This document shows, piece after piece, positions 50,544 through 61,729 of a stretch of DNA of 64,000 bases. The stretch is from Mobula hypostoma (taxonomy: Eukaryota), in NCBI RefSeq assembly GCF_963921235.1, contig NC_086097.1, positions 115,694,001 through 115,758,000 of the forward strand. Reading direction: 5' to 3'. The translations under genes and the position numbers were made by a program. How positions within the stretch are numbered: position 1 is the stretch's first letter; the number at the start of each line of letters is the position of its first letter. A model generated the notes under the pieces. It was given only the letters and a program-made list of their open reading frames with translations. It was not told where the DNA came from and did no database searches.

Positions 50544-52339
50544 TGAATCAGAATTACCACTCTGATCTTGCAGAGGACCAGTTTTTATCACTTGCTATCC
50601 TTTTGCTCTTAATATATCTGTAGAAACCCTTATAATTCTCTTCCACCTTTTCTCCTAGAACAACATCTTGTCTTCCTTTAGGCCCCCTGATGTCCTTCTT
50701 AAGTGTTATCTTTCATTTCTTATATTCCTCAATAACTCATTTATTCATGTCTGCCTATACCTGCTATGCACCTCCTTCTTTTTCTTAACCAGGACCTCAA
50801 TACATCTCAAAAAACAAATTTCACTATTGAAGGCTTCCCATTCACCTTTACTAGAAAACACTTGCCAGTTCCTTTCTGATGCCATCAAAACTGGCCCTTC
50901 TCCAATTTAGAATCTCAGTCCAAGGACCAGACCCATCCTTTTCCATAATTACCTTGAAAGTAATGGCATTATGATCACTGGATGCAATGTCTTCCTCTAC
51001 ACAAACTTCTGACCTTACTCTTACCCTACTAAGAGATCTAATAACATACTCTCTGTAGTTGGGTCTTCAATGTATTGATTAAGGAAACTTTCCTGAACAC
51101 ATTTGACAAACTGTTTCCCATCCAGCCTTTTTACAGTATTGGAATTCCACTCAAGATCTGGAAAGTTGAAATCACATGCTGTCACAAATCTTATGTTGCT
51201 TGCAACGGTCTGCAATCTCTCTACAAGTTTGCTTCTCTGGATCCTGCACCCATAGTCATATCGATCTTATTCCTCAGTTCAACCCCTAAAGCCTCACTAG
51301 ATGAGCTCTCCTGTCTGTCCTGACCGAGCACTGCCATGAAATTTTCCTTGACTAATAACACATCCACTTCCCCTTGAATCCCTCTCACTCTATCACAACT
51401 AAAATAATGAAACCCCAGACTGTTCAGCTGCCTGTCCTTCTCCTCCTGCAACCAAGTCTCACTAATGGCTATAATGTCGTAATTCTACGTGCCAATCCAT
51501 TCCTCATCTGCCTTTCCTACAATACTCTTTGCATTGAAATGTATGCAGCTCAGAACATTGGCCCACCATGCTCAACCTTTTGATCCTTGTCTTTGTATGT
51601 AGGCTTAACAATGTCTTTCTCCACAACCACCTCCACTATCTGTTTGAGCAGTCTAGTTCCCATCCCCCTGCAACTTTAGTTTAAACTCTACCCCCTCCCC
51701 CCACTGCTGTGCAGCACTAGCAGCCTTCCTGCTAGGATATTAGTCACCCTTCAGTTCAGAAGCAAGCCATCCCTTTTATGAAGGTCACACCTTCCCTGGA
51801 AGACAGCCTAATGATCCAAAAATCTGAAGCCCTCTCTCTCACACCATTTCTTAACCACATGTTTAACTGTATGATCTTCCTATTTCTGGCCTCACTAATA
51901 CATGGCACAGGTAGCAATCCTGAAATCCCAACCCTGGAGGTCCTGTCCTTTAATTTAGCACCTAACTCCATGAGCTCACTTTGCAGGACCTCGTCACCCA
52001 TCCTACCCATGTTACTGTTACCAACATGAAGCACAACTTCTTGCTGCTCACCCTTCCAATTATGAATGCTGTGGTCTCGATCCAAGATGTCCCTGACACA
52101 GGCACCCAGGAGGCAACAAACCATTCGCGAATCTTGTTCTCATCCACAGAATCTCCTTTTTGTTCCCCTAACCAACGAAACTTCCATCACTACATCTTGC
52201 ATCTTCTCCCCCTTCCCTTCTGAGCCACAGATCCAAACTCAGTGTCAGAGACCTGCTGGCTGACGCTCCCCCCAACAATATCCAAAGTGGTGCACATGTT
52301 ATTGAGAGAAATGGCCACAGAAGTGCTTTGCACTGGGTA

Positions 52340-52742
52340 ATCCAGAATAACACACACAAAATGCTGGAGGAACCCAGCAGGACAGGCAGCATCTATGGAA
52401 AGGAATAAACAGTCAACATTTCAGGCTGAGACTCTTCATCAGGACTGGAAAGGAAAGGGGAAGAAGCCAGAATAAGAAGGTAGGAGGAGTTCCATTCTCC
52501 ACTCTCCTCTCCCATCAGATTTCTTCTTCTTCAGCACTTTACTTTCTCCACCAATCACCTCCCAGCTTTTCACTTCATCCGTCCTTGTACTCCTTGCCTC
52601 TCCCCCACACCTTTTATTCTGGCTCCTTCCACCTTCTTTTCCAGTCCTGCTGAAGGGTCTCGGCTGAAATGCTGACTCTTTATACTTTTCCATGGATGAT
52701 GCCTGACCTGCTGAGCTCCTCTAGCATTCTGTATGTGTTGCT
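52340..52742. mobile_element. Short inverted PLE (3' UTR only)
   Basis: Minus arm 52340-52488, plus arm 52490-52742; hammerhead-like motifs at 52410-52447(-) and ~52642-52677(+). Confidence 0.8.
52410..52447 (-). ncRNA. Minimal hammerhead motif, older PLE subfamily, partly decayed
   Basis: cagtc CTGATGA agagtctcagcct GAAA tg TT gactg; 5-bp stem I intact, stem II mismatched. Confidence 0.55.
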
Positions 52743-52888
52743 AAAGATATGATCGTGGATTTCCACTTACTTTAGTATTAGGCATCTCTCGCAGAATTTT
52801 AAATTTATGAGTGTTTTTTTTATTATTGCTTCTCCTGGAAAAGACATCAGAAATTACCAAACTGAAAAGAACAGACTGTTTGAAGGAT

Positions 52889-53015
52889 TTAGAAACATAG
52901 AAACATAGAAACATAGAAAATAGGTGCAGGAGTAGGTCATTCGGCCCTTCGAGCCTGCACCGCCATTTATTATGATCATGGCTGATCATCCAACTCAGAA
53001 CCCAGCCTTCCCTCC
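52889..53015 (-). mobile_element. Severely 5'-truncated young CR1 (tail only)
   Basis: Nearly identical to 63002-63118; (AGAAACAT)3. Confidence 0.9.
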
Positions 53016-53144
53016 TTTTACTCTGCTTATGATGAAGCCAAGTTGGATTCCTGTCATAGAGGTTCTACAATATCCCCGACTTTCAGGCTTTCCCCTACTC
53101 CTGTTAGGGCTTACACAATGAATACGTCCTAATGGGTTGGATTC

Positions 53145-53822
53145 GATTAGATTAGATTAGATTATGAGGACACGCAGTCCTCTTTTATTGTCATTTAGTA
53201 ATGCATGCATTAAGAAATGATACAATGTTCCTCCAGAATGATATCACAGAAACACAAGACAAACCAAGACTAAAAAAACTGACAAAAACCACATAACTAT
53301 AACATATAGTTGCAACAGTGCAAAGCAATACCGTAATTTGATAAAGAGTAGACCATGGGCACGGTAAAAAAAAAGTCTCAAAGTCTCTCATAAATCCCAT
53401 CATCTCACGCAGGTGGTAAAAGGAAGAAAAATTCTCCCTGCCATGAGCTTCCAGCGTTACAAACTTGCCGATGCAGCACCCTGGAAGCACCCAACCACAG
53501 CCAACTCTTGAGTCCATCCGAAAACTTCGAGCCTCTGACACCGAGCACTGAGCACCATCTCTGCCGAGCACTTCGACCCCGGCCCTGGCAACAGGCAATA
53601 GGCAAAGCCAAGGATTTGGGGCGTTCCCCTCCTGAGATTCTCAATCGCACAATAGCAGCGGCAGCAAAACGGGCATTTCAGAAGTTTCTCCAGATGTTCC
53701 TCCATGCTGCTCACATCTGTCTCCATCAAATCAGGCTTGTGCACGGCACCTACTTGCAAACACGATATCATTTCGGAGCGGCCGCACGCGCTGCGTCGCG
53801 CTGCCATCTTCTCCTCCCCTCC
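53145..53822 (-). mobile_element. ~680-bp non-autonomous retroelement, copy 2
   Basis: 5' ggaggagaagatggcagcgcgacgcagcg; (TAATC)n tail. Confidence 0.8.
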
Positions 53823-53971
53823 AGGTGGCCTGAAATTAAACACTTGGAAGTTACAGATTGTTTCTGGCAACTAAGCAAAGGAACTCTAAGAGAGTGCTGC
53901 ACAAGTTCTATTTAGGACAAACCCAGTTTCAATGAGGACTGTGTACAGCGCCTGTTATGCACAAAGGTAAA

Positions 53972-54489
53972 CAGTCAGTGGCCACTTTATTAGGTACACC
54001 TGCTCATTAATCATCTGGCAGCAGCTCAATGCAGATAAACATACAGACATGGTCAAGAGGTTTAGTTGCTGTTCGCATCTTGTTTAAACATCTGAATGGG
54101 GAAGGAATGTGATCTAAGTGACTTTGACCATGGAATGATGGTTGATGCCAGATAGGTTGGGTTGAGTATCTCAGAAACCATTGATCTAGGATTTTCACAC
54201 ACAACGACCTCTGGAGTTTATGGAAAATGGTGCAAGAAGCAAAAGAAATTGAGTGAGTGGTAACTCTGTGGGTGAAAATGACTTGTTAATGAGCGAGACC
54301 AGAGGAGATGGCCAGACTGTTTCAAGCTGACAGGAAGGTGACAGTAACTCAGATAAACAGGTTACAACAGTGGTGTGCAGAAGAGCATCTCTGAATGCAC
54401 AACACATTGAACATTGAAGTGGATAGGCTAGAGCAGCAGAAGACCACACTGGGTTCCACTCCTGTACATAATAAAGTGGCCACTGAGAG
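53972..54489 (+). mobile_element. Non-autonomous Tc1/mariner element
   Basis: TIRs cagtcagtggccactttattaggtac and gtacataataaagtggccactgagag followed by TA. Confidence 0.85.
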
Positions 54490-54554
54490 TACATCATTGG
54501 TAGTTTCAGACCGCTCACAATTTACAGTCTCTGTTGATGTCATTTGCTTGCCGA

Positions 54555-55637
54555 TTGATTGATTGAGGTACAACATAGAATAGGCCTTTCCGGCCAGTCA
54601 AGCCACACCACCCACAATCCCCCAATTAAAAGGTTGGAGGTGTTGTGGATAATGTGGAGGGCTGTCAGGGGTTACAGCAGGACATCGATAGGATACAAAA
54701 CTGGGCTGAGAAGTAGCAGATGGAGTTCAACCCAGATAAGTGTGAGGTGGTTCATTTTGGTAGGTCAAATATGATGGCAGAATATAGTATTAATGGTAAG
54801 ACTCCTGGAAGTATGGAGGATCAGAGGGATCTTGAGGTTCGTGTCCATAGGACATTCAAAGCTGCTGCGCAGGTTGACTCTGTGGTTAAGAAGGCAGACA
54901 GTGCAATGGCCTTCATCAATCGTGGGATTGAGTTTAAGAGCTGAGAGCTAAACTCAGTGCAGCTATATAGGATCCTAGTTAGACCCCACTTGGAGTACTG
55001 TAGGTTGAGTGAACTTGGCCTTTTCTCCTTGGAGTGACAGAGGATGAGAGGTGACCTGATAGAGGTGTATAGGATGATGAGAGGCATTGATCGTGTGGAC
55101 AGTCAGAGGCTTTTTCCTAGGGCTGAAATGGCTGGCACGAGAGGGCACAGTTTTAAGGTGCTTGGAAATAGGTACAGAGGAGATATCAGGGTAAGTTTTT
55201 GATGCAGAAAGTGGTGAGTGCATGGAATGGGCTGCCAGTGATGGTGGTGGAGGTGGATATGATAGGGTCTTTTAAGAATCACCTGGACAGGTACATGGAG
55301 CTCAGAAAAATAGAGGGCTATGGGTAAACCTAGGTAATTTCTAAGGTAAGGACATGTTCGGCACAGCTTTGTGGGCCAAAGGGCCTGTGTGGTGTTGTAG
55401 GGTTTCTGTTTCCATGTTAATCCTAGCCTAATCACTGGACAATTTACAATGACAACTTACAATTTACAACTTACCAATCGGTATGTCTTTGGACTGTGTG
55501 GGGAGTCTGGAGCACCCAGAGGAAACTCGTGCGGACATGGGGGAACATGCAAACTCCTTACAGGCAGTGGTGGGGATTGAACCAGATCACAGGTACTGTA
55601 AAGCATTGTGCTAACCACTAAACTACCGTGCCATCCC
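54555..55637 (-). mobile_element. V-SINE/HE1-like SINE split by a CR1 insertion
   Basis: Pieces 54555-54628 and 55416-55637 join to match the copy at 606-889. Confidence 0.7.
54630..55415 (+). mobile_element. CR1 3' fragment
   Basis: MEFNPDKCEVVHFGRSN...QRDL...RPHLEY, with an internal deletion near 55000. Confidence 0.88.
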
Positions 55638-55837
55638 ATCTTGTTTACTAATTTACTGATCTTGCAATATAACTACTACTACAAACTTTGCACCAGGATT
55701 AGCATTATCTCTGGGCAGTTCAATGAAATGCCGACCAGCTGCACATTGGCTCTGCTTATTAATTCTCACTGCTTCATTTTTCCTTTAGTTACTGATCTAC
55801 AAACCATGCTGCACTGATCAGGAATGATGGACTATAA

Positions 55838-56498
55838 GGAGGGAGGAGAAGATGGCGACGCGACGCAGCGCACGCGACCGTTCCAAATGATATCATATGT
55901 GTTAACTAGGGGCCATGCACAATCCTGATTTGATGGAGACAGCCGAGAGAAGCACGGAGGATCACCTGGAGAAACTTCTGAAATGCCCACTTCGTTGCCG
56001 CTGCTACTGTGCGATCGAGAATCTCCGGAGGGGAAGGCCCCAAATCCTCAGCTTTGCCTATTGCATGTTGCCGGGGCCGGGCTCGAAGCGCTCGGCAGAG
56101 ATGGTGCTCTGTGCTCAGTGTCGGAGAGCTGGTCGGAGGCTCGGAGTTTTCAGACGGACTCGGAGTCGGAATGTGGTTGGATGCTTCCAGGATGCTGCAT
56201 CGGCAAGTTTGCGGCGCTGGAGGTTCACTGTCTGCGTGAGGTGATGGGACTTTCGAGAGACTTTCAGATTTTTTACCGTGCCCATGGTCTGTTCTTAATC
56301 AAATTACGGTATTGCTTTGCACTGTTGTAACTATATGTTATATTTATGTGTTTTTGTTAGTTTTTCAGTTGCTTTGTCATGTGTTTATGTGATATCATTC
56401 TGGAGAAACATTGTATCATTTCTTAATGCATGCGTTACTAAATGACAATAAAAGAGGACTGCGTGTCCTTATAATCTAATAATCTAATCTAATCTAAT
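55838..56498 (+). mobile_element. ~660-bp non-autonomous retroelement, copy 3
   Basis: ggaggagaagatggcgacgcgacgcagcg start; aataaaagagg...taatctaatctaatct end. Confidence 0.8.
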
Positions 56499-56981
56499 TT
56501 TATACAAAACCTTTTGAAATACAATGGATATGGTTCATGAATTTTAATTTGCGTTCCCTCAGAATAATCTAAAATTAGTCAACTGTGATTTGTTTCTTTG
56601 AAAGCCTTGTTACCTGTCATTTTTTCTGCTACTGTTATACATTGATATTTTAAAGAACAAAATCACAACAAATTTATAGTACAGAAGGAAACCATCCAGT
56701 CCATAGCGCCTGAACTATCAAAAAAAATCTATCCAACATAACCCCATTTTTCAAAACATCCAGAGCTGCAGATCGTGCCTTTTTAAGTACACATCCACGT
56801 GGTAGATGTTTCTACTTCAATCACCCTGTCAGACTGTATGTTTCTAACCCATTCTACATTCCGGCCGAAAAAAGTAATACCTGCATTGGCTTTGTAATCT
56901 TCAGTTACCAGTTCAGGGAATTACTTGACCCTATTTAATTTATTGGTGGGCCCTATTTATTCTACTTAGACCCCACATAAT

Positions 56982-57265
56982 GGGGGTGGCACAGGAGCAT
57001 ACTGACTAACGCAACACTTTACAGTGCGGCTGATCTGGATTCAGTTCTTGCTGCAGCCTGCAAGGAGTTTGTACTTCCTCCCCATGATCGCGTGTTTCCT
57101 CTGGGTACTCTGGTTTCCTCCCACAGGCCAAAGGCACACTGGTTGGGAGGTAAGTTGGCCTTTGTAAGTTGCCCTGTGATCAGACTAGGGTTAAATCAGA
57201 GGTTGCTGGGCAACATGACCCAAAGAGCTGGAAAGGCCTATTCTGCGCTGTATCTCAAATAAGTA
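56982..57265 (+). mobile_element. V-SINE/HE1-like SINE
   Basis: aaggagtttgtacttcctccccatg...tttcctctgggtactctggtttcctcccaca core; gctgtatctcaaataagtaa tail. Confidence 0.7.
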
Positions 57266-57766
57266 AATTTATACTCCAGTAAACTTCTTTTCAGAAGATT
57301 ACAACTCGCAATTAACCAATCCTATCCTATATTACTACTGAAGTTTGCTAGACTCGTAAACTTCTCTGCAATTCTGTAAGCTTTTATCCCATCATATATA
57401 AAATACCGAGCTGTGCCTAAAACCTGTTCCATGCAATTTTCCTCCAATCTCCCTATTCATGTATTCTATGACTTGATTAGCAAAGTAAAGCATTCCCTTT
57501 GACCTTTAGTCAGTTTATAGATCTGTCCTGTGTCCTCACTATGAACTGGACTCTGACAACTTGCACTCGTTCCAAAATCACACTTTATTTACTTGTGCAC
57601 TAAGAGAACGGCAAGGCCTCTGTCACCACTCTGTTTTGAAGTTTGAGAAAACAAATGACATTTTTAGACAGAAAATGGCTAATTGTATACAAATATCGAT
57701 CCAACCAACACACATCAAAGTTGCTGGTGAATGCAGCAGGCCAAGCAGCATCTATAGGAAGAGGCG

Positions 57767-57804
57767 CAGTCGACGTTTCAGGCCGAGACCCTTCGTCAGG
57801 ACTA
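57767..57804 (-). ncRNA. Minimal type-I hammerhead ribozyme, intact consensus
   Basis: Exact reverse complement of 57913-57950. Confidence 0.85.
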
Positions 57805-57912
57805 ACTGAAGGAAGAGTGAGTAAGGGATTTGAAAGCTGGAGGGGGAGGAGGAGATCAAAATCTCCTCCTCCCCCTCCAGCTTTCAAATCCCTTACTCAC
57901 TCTTCCTTCAGT

Positions 57913-57950
57913 TAGTCCTGACGAAGGGTCTCGGCCTGAAACGTCGACTG
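57913..57950 (+). ncRNA. Minimal type-I hammerhead ribozyme, intact consensus
   Basis: tagtc CTGACGA(57918-24) agg gtctcgg cct GAAA(57938-41) CG TC^ gactg; palindromic ACGT stands in for stem III. Confidence 0.85.
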
Positions 57951-58071
57951 CGCCTCTTCCTATAGATGCTGCTTGGCCTGCTGCGTTCACCAGCAACTTT
58001 GATGTGTGTTGCTTGAATTTCCAGCATCTGCAGAATTCCTGTTGTTTGCAAATATCGATCCAATAGTTTTG

Positions 58072-58275
58072 TGCCGGTGGTGTAGTGGTATCCACACCCA
58101 GACTTTGGAACAAGGGGTCCTGGTTCAAATCTGGCTGGCTTCTTGCACGCTTTCCATTCATGCTGGTAGAGTTTTGAGCTAGAAACTCGGCTTTGTAAAA
58201 CAGACAAAACACTAAAGAAGCAGCAAGTTTACTGCCCAATGTGCCAAATGAGGTGTGAGAGGAGCTTAACCTTTT
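58072..58275 (+). mobile_element. tRNA-derived SINE
   Basis: A-box tggtgtagtgg, B-box ggttcaaatc; related to 11241-11488. Confidence 0.65.
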
Positions 58276-58717
58276 TTATCTTTCATTCATTCAGTAGAAA
58301 CTTTGTGCACTTCAGAATTCCATCATTTGCACACTTAAATTCCAATCAATACATGTACAGAGTGGATTCCAGTTAATTGGACCATTAGTTAATCAGGGCA
58401 GCCACTTAGTTTGGACAACTGTGAACAAAAACTAATCCAGAAAATATCTGGAATTCCCTTCATTTATCTGGGAAACTATACCCCTTATTTGGGACACGAG
58501 ACTGTTGCTGTATAGCTTCTAGCTAGTATCTGCCACATCTATTTGTGTGGCCGTTAGACACTACACCATGCTTCGAGCAAAGAGTCTATAGAACTGAGGC
58601 AAAATGTTAGTGAGGTCATGGACAATACTGTCTGCAAGGAAACAAATCTCAAGGTTGTATAATGTATAAATACCTGGATAATAAATGTACTTTGAACTTT
58701 GATGTACACTTGCATTA

Positions 58718-58995
58718 CACTCAGTGGTTACTTTATTAGGTACACTTGCCCGTTAATGCAAATATCTAATCAGCCAATCAGGCGACAGCAACTCAATGCA
58801 TAAAAAGCATGTAGACATGGTCAAGAGGTTCAGAACAAACATCAGAATGGGGAAGGAATGTGAGCTAAGTGACTTTGACTGTGGAATGGCTGTTGGTGCC
58901 AGACAGGGTAGTTTGAGTATCTCAGAAACTGCTGATCTCCCTGGATTTTCACACATTACAGTCTCCGGAGTTTACAGAGACCACTGAAAATAAAA
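58718..58995 (+). mobile_element. Tc1 left half, part of a local duplication
   Basis: TA plus left TIR; MGKECELSDFDCGMAVGARQGSLSISETADLPGFS (Tc1 HTH-like); near-identical to 60140-60420. Confidence 0.85.
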
Positions 58996-59147
58996 TTTAA
59001 AATTTAGAAATAAAATTAAAAACAATTAAAATTGTTTTTTTTTTCTCTCTCTGCACTCTTTTTTCACTCTGTCAAGGTTTTTTTATGGGTTCTTTTGGTT
59101 TTCTTGTTTTTGTGGCTGCCTGCAAGGAAACGAATCTCAAGGTTGTA

Positions 59148-60071
59148 TAGAACATAAAACATAGAATAGTACAGCACAGTACAGGCCCTTCAGCCCACAA
59201 TGTTGTGCCGACCCTCAAACCCTGCCTCCCATATAACCCTCCACCTTAAATTCCTCCATATACATGGGTCTAGTAGTCTCTTAAATTTCACTAGTGTATC
59301 TGCCTCCACCACTGACTCAGGCAGTGTATTCCATGCACCAACCACTCTCTGAGTAAAAAACCTTCCTCTAATATCCCCCTTGAACTTCCCACCACTTACC
59401 TTAAAGCCATGTCCTCTTGTATTGAGCAGTGGTGCCCTGGGGAAGGGGCACTGGCTATCCACTCTATCTACTCCTCTTATTATCCTGTAAACCCCTATCA
59501 CGTCTTGTCTCATCCCCCTTCTCTCCAAAGAGTAAAGCCCTAGTTCCCTTAATCTCTGATCATAATGCATACTCTCTAAACCAGGCAGCATCCTGGTAAA
59601 TCTCCTCTGTACCCTTTCCAATGCTTCCACATCCTTCCTATAGTGAGGCGACCAGAACTGGACACAATACTCCAAGTGTGGCCTAACCAGAATTTTATAG
59701 AACTGCATCATTACATCACGACTCTTAAACTCTATCCCTTGACTTATGAAAGCTAACACCCCGTAAGCTTTCTTAACTACCCTATCCACCTGTGAGGCAA
59801 CTTTCAGGGATCTGTGGACATGTACCCCCAGATCCCTCTGCTCCTCCACACTACCAAGTATCCTGCCATTTACTTTGTACTCTGCCTTGGAGTTTGTCCT
59901 TCCAAAGTGTACCACCTCACACTTTTCCGGGTTGAACTCCATCTACCACTTCTCAGCCCACTTCTTCATCTTATCAATGTCTCTATGGAATCTTTGACAA
60001 TCCTCTACACTATCTACAACACCACCAACCTTTGTGTCGTCTGCAAACTTGCCAACCCACCCTTCTACCCT
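59148..60071 (-). mobile_element. 5'-truncated CR1
   Basis: ORFs 59943..60137 (KFADDTK) and 59190..59942 (MEFNPEKC...RPHLEYCVQFWSP...RTRGH-like). Confidence 0.95.
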
Positions 60072-60139
60072 TATACATTTATAATGTATAAATACCTGGA
60101 TTATAAATGTACTTTGAACTTTGATGTACACTTCCATTA

Positions 60140-60668
60140 CACTCAGTGGCTACTTTATTAGGTACACTTGCCCGTTAATGCAAATATCTAATCAGCCAAT
60201 CAGGCGACAGCAACTCAATGCATAAAATGCATGTAGACACGGTCAAGAGGTTCAGAACAAACATCAGAATGGGGAAGGAATGTGAGCTAAGTGACTTTGA
60301 CTGTGGAATGGCTGTTGGTGCCAGACAGGGTAGTTTGAGTATCTCAGAAACTGCTGATCTCCCTGGATTTTCACACATTACAGTCTCTGGAGTTTACAGA
60401 GACCACCAAAAATAAAATTTTAAAAAATCCAGTGAGCGGCAGTTCTGTGGACAAAAGTGCCTTTTTAATGAGAGAGTCAGTGGAGAATGATCACACTGGT
60501 TCAAGTTGGCAGGAAGGAGACAGTAACTCAATCATCCATTACAACAGTTGTGTGCAGCAGAGCATCCCTGAATGCACAAGGTATTGACCTGTGAAGTGGA
60601 TGAGCTACAGCAGCAGAAGGCCACATCGGGTACCACTCCTGTACCAAATAAATTGGGGCCGCTGAGTG
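60140..60668 (+). mobile_element. Non-autonomous Tc1/mariner element
   Basis: Both TIRs present; transposase N-terminal remnant ORF 60218..60415. Confidence 0.85.
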
Positions 60669-61424
60669 CAGGTGATGTTAGAAAGACACTAATTCCCTTT
60701 TTTTCTTAAGCTGTAACGAAGAGAACCAGTCAAAAACCCATCCTCCAAGAAGAAAGTCTAAACTATGTGGGTGAAAGGTGTTGCCACCTTAGCAGACCTC
60801 ATGTTTTTTTCTCTATATACACTGAACAGAATATGTTATTGTTTATCCCCCTCTGAAATCTGCAGGGCATAAGCATAGAAACCATTGGAAAACAGCCTTG
60901 GGCATTATGCTGAATGCTTCAGTGAATATTCCATGCACTTCAGGTGGAAAGCTAATTTTCTGCCGCTCCCTCAGTATAACCATGTTGGTTTCAAACCAGC
61001 ACTGTTCAGCAGGAAGACATGTCGTGAGTGGCTAGCACCAAATAAATCTAGTCTGCATTTCTTAAGAAGGAGTGCAAAGATGGTGAATCTGACCTGGCAA
61101 TTTGTGAAAAGAAAATGTCATACTGAGGGGAATGCAGGCACCACCCATTTGGATACCACACAAGATGCATGGTAAGGCAGATGCTTCACATGCCCCACTG
61201 TCCCCATGACAAGTGAAGAAAGCACTGGAGTTCATTGCCAGGGGATAAACCTCATGAAACTGGACAGAGTGCCTCAAGGTGTTTGATGATCTCACATGTG
61301 TGGTCAAAGTCTGAGAAGCATCTTCATATACATTGCTGACCCTAGACAACTGCCACAGTCCATATGCAATCACTTTCTAATATCTTCTGTTAGTCGGGAG
61401 CTCTGAATTACTTTGAAGTGAATC

Positions 61425-61558
61425 CGTACACAGTGCTGTGCAGTGGAACATCTCTGAAAGCACAACACGTCGAACTTTGAAGTGGCAGAAGACACGAACA
61501 TACACTCAGTAACCCTTTTTTTAGGTACAGATATGTCTAATAAAGTGGCCTTTGAGAG
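61425..61558 (+). mobile_element. Tc1 right-end fragment with doubled TIR
   Basis: catctctgaaagcacaacacgtcgaac...tacactcagt...taggtacag...ctaataaagtggcc. Confidence 0.65.
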
Positions 61559-61729
61559 CATATCCCTTCTTACAAGCTGTAATTAGTTATGTAAATCAGA
61601 CTTACGATGCAATGCAGGGGAAATGTATAACGCAATATTAGAATGCAAGGCCATACACAAGTATGATTGGACAGCAGAGAAAGAAAATGAAGAAAATCCA
61701 TTTGCAAATTCAACATAATTCCTCGTAAA

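Larger units (their letters stand above)
47005..52335 (-). mobile_element. Old, near full-length CR1 (ORF1 SGNH, APE, RT) with nested insertions
   Basis: ORF1 51756..52124 VVLHVGN...GISGLLPVP; APE remnants 51021-51451 (DFNFPD); RT remnants DKSPGPD and VVYMDFIKAFD; 3' end near 47005-47595. Confidence 0.85.
57706..58048. mobile_element. Young miniature palindromic PLE insertion (non-coding)
   Basis: 151-bp arms 57706-57856 and 57861-58011 (1 mismatch), 4-nt spacer caaa, 37-nt 3' extension; TSD caaatatcgatccaa at 57690-57704 and 58049-58063. Confidence 0.95.
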
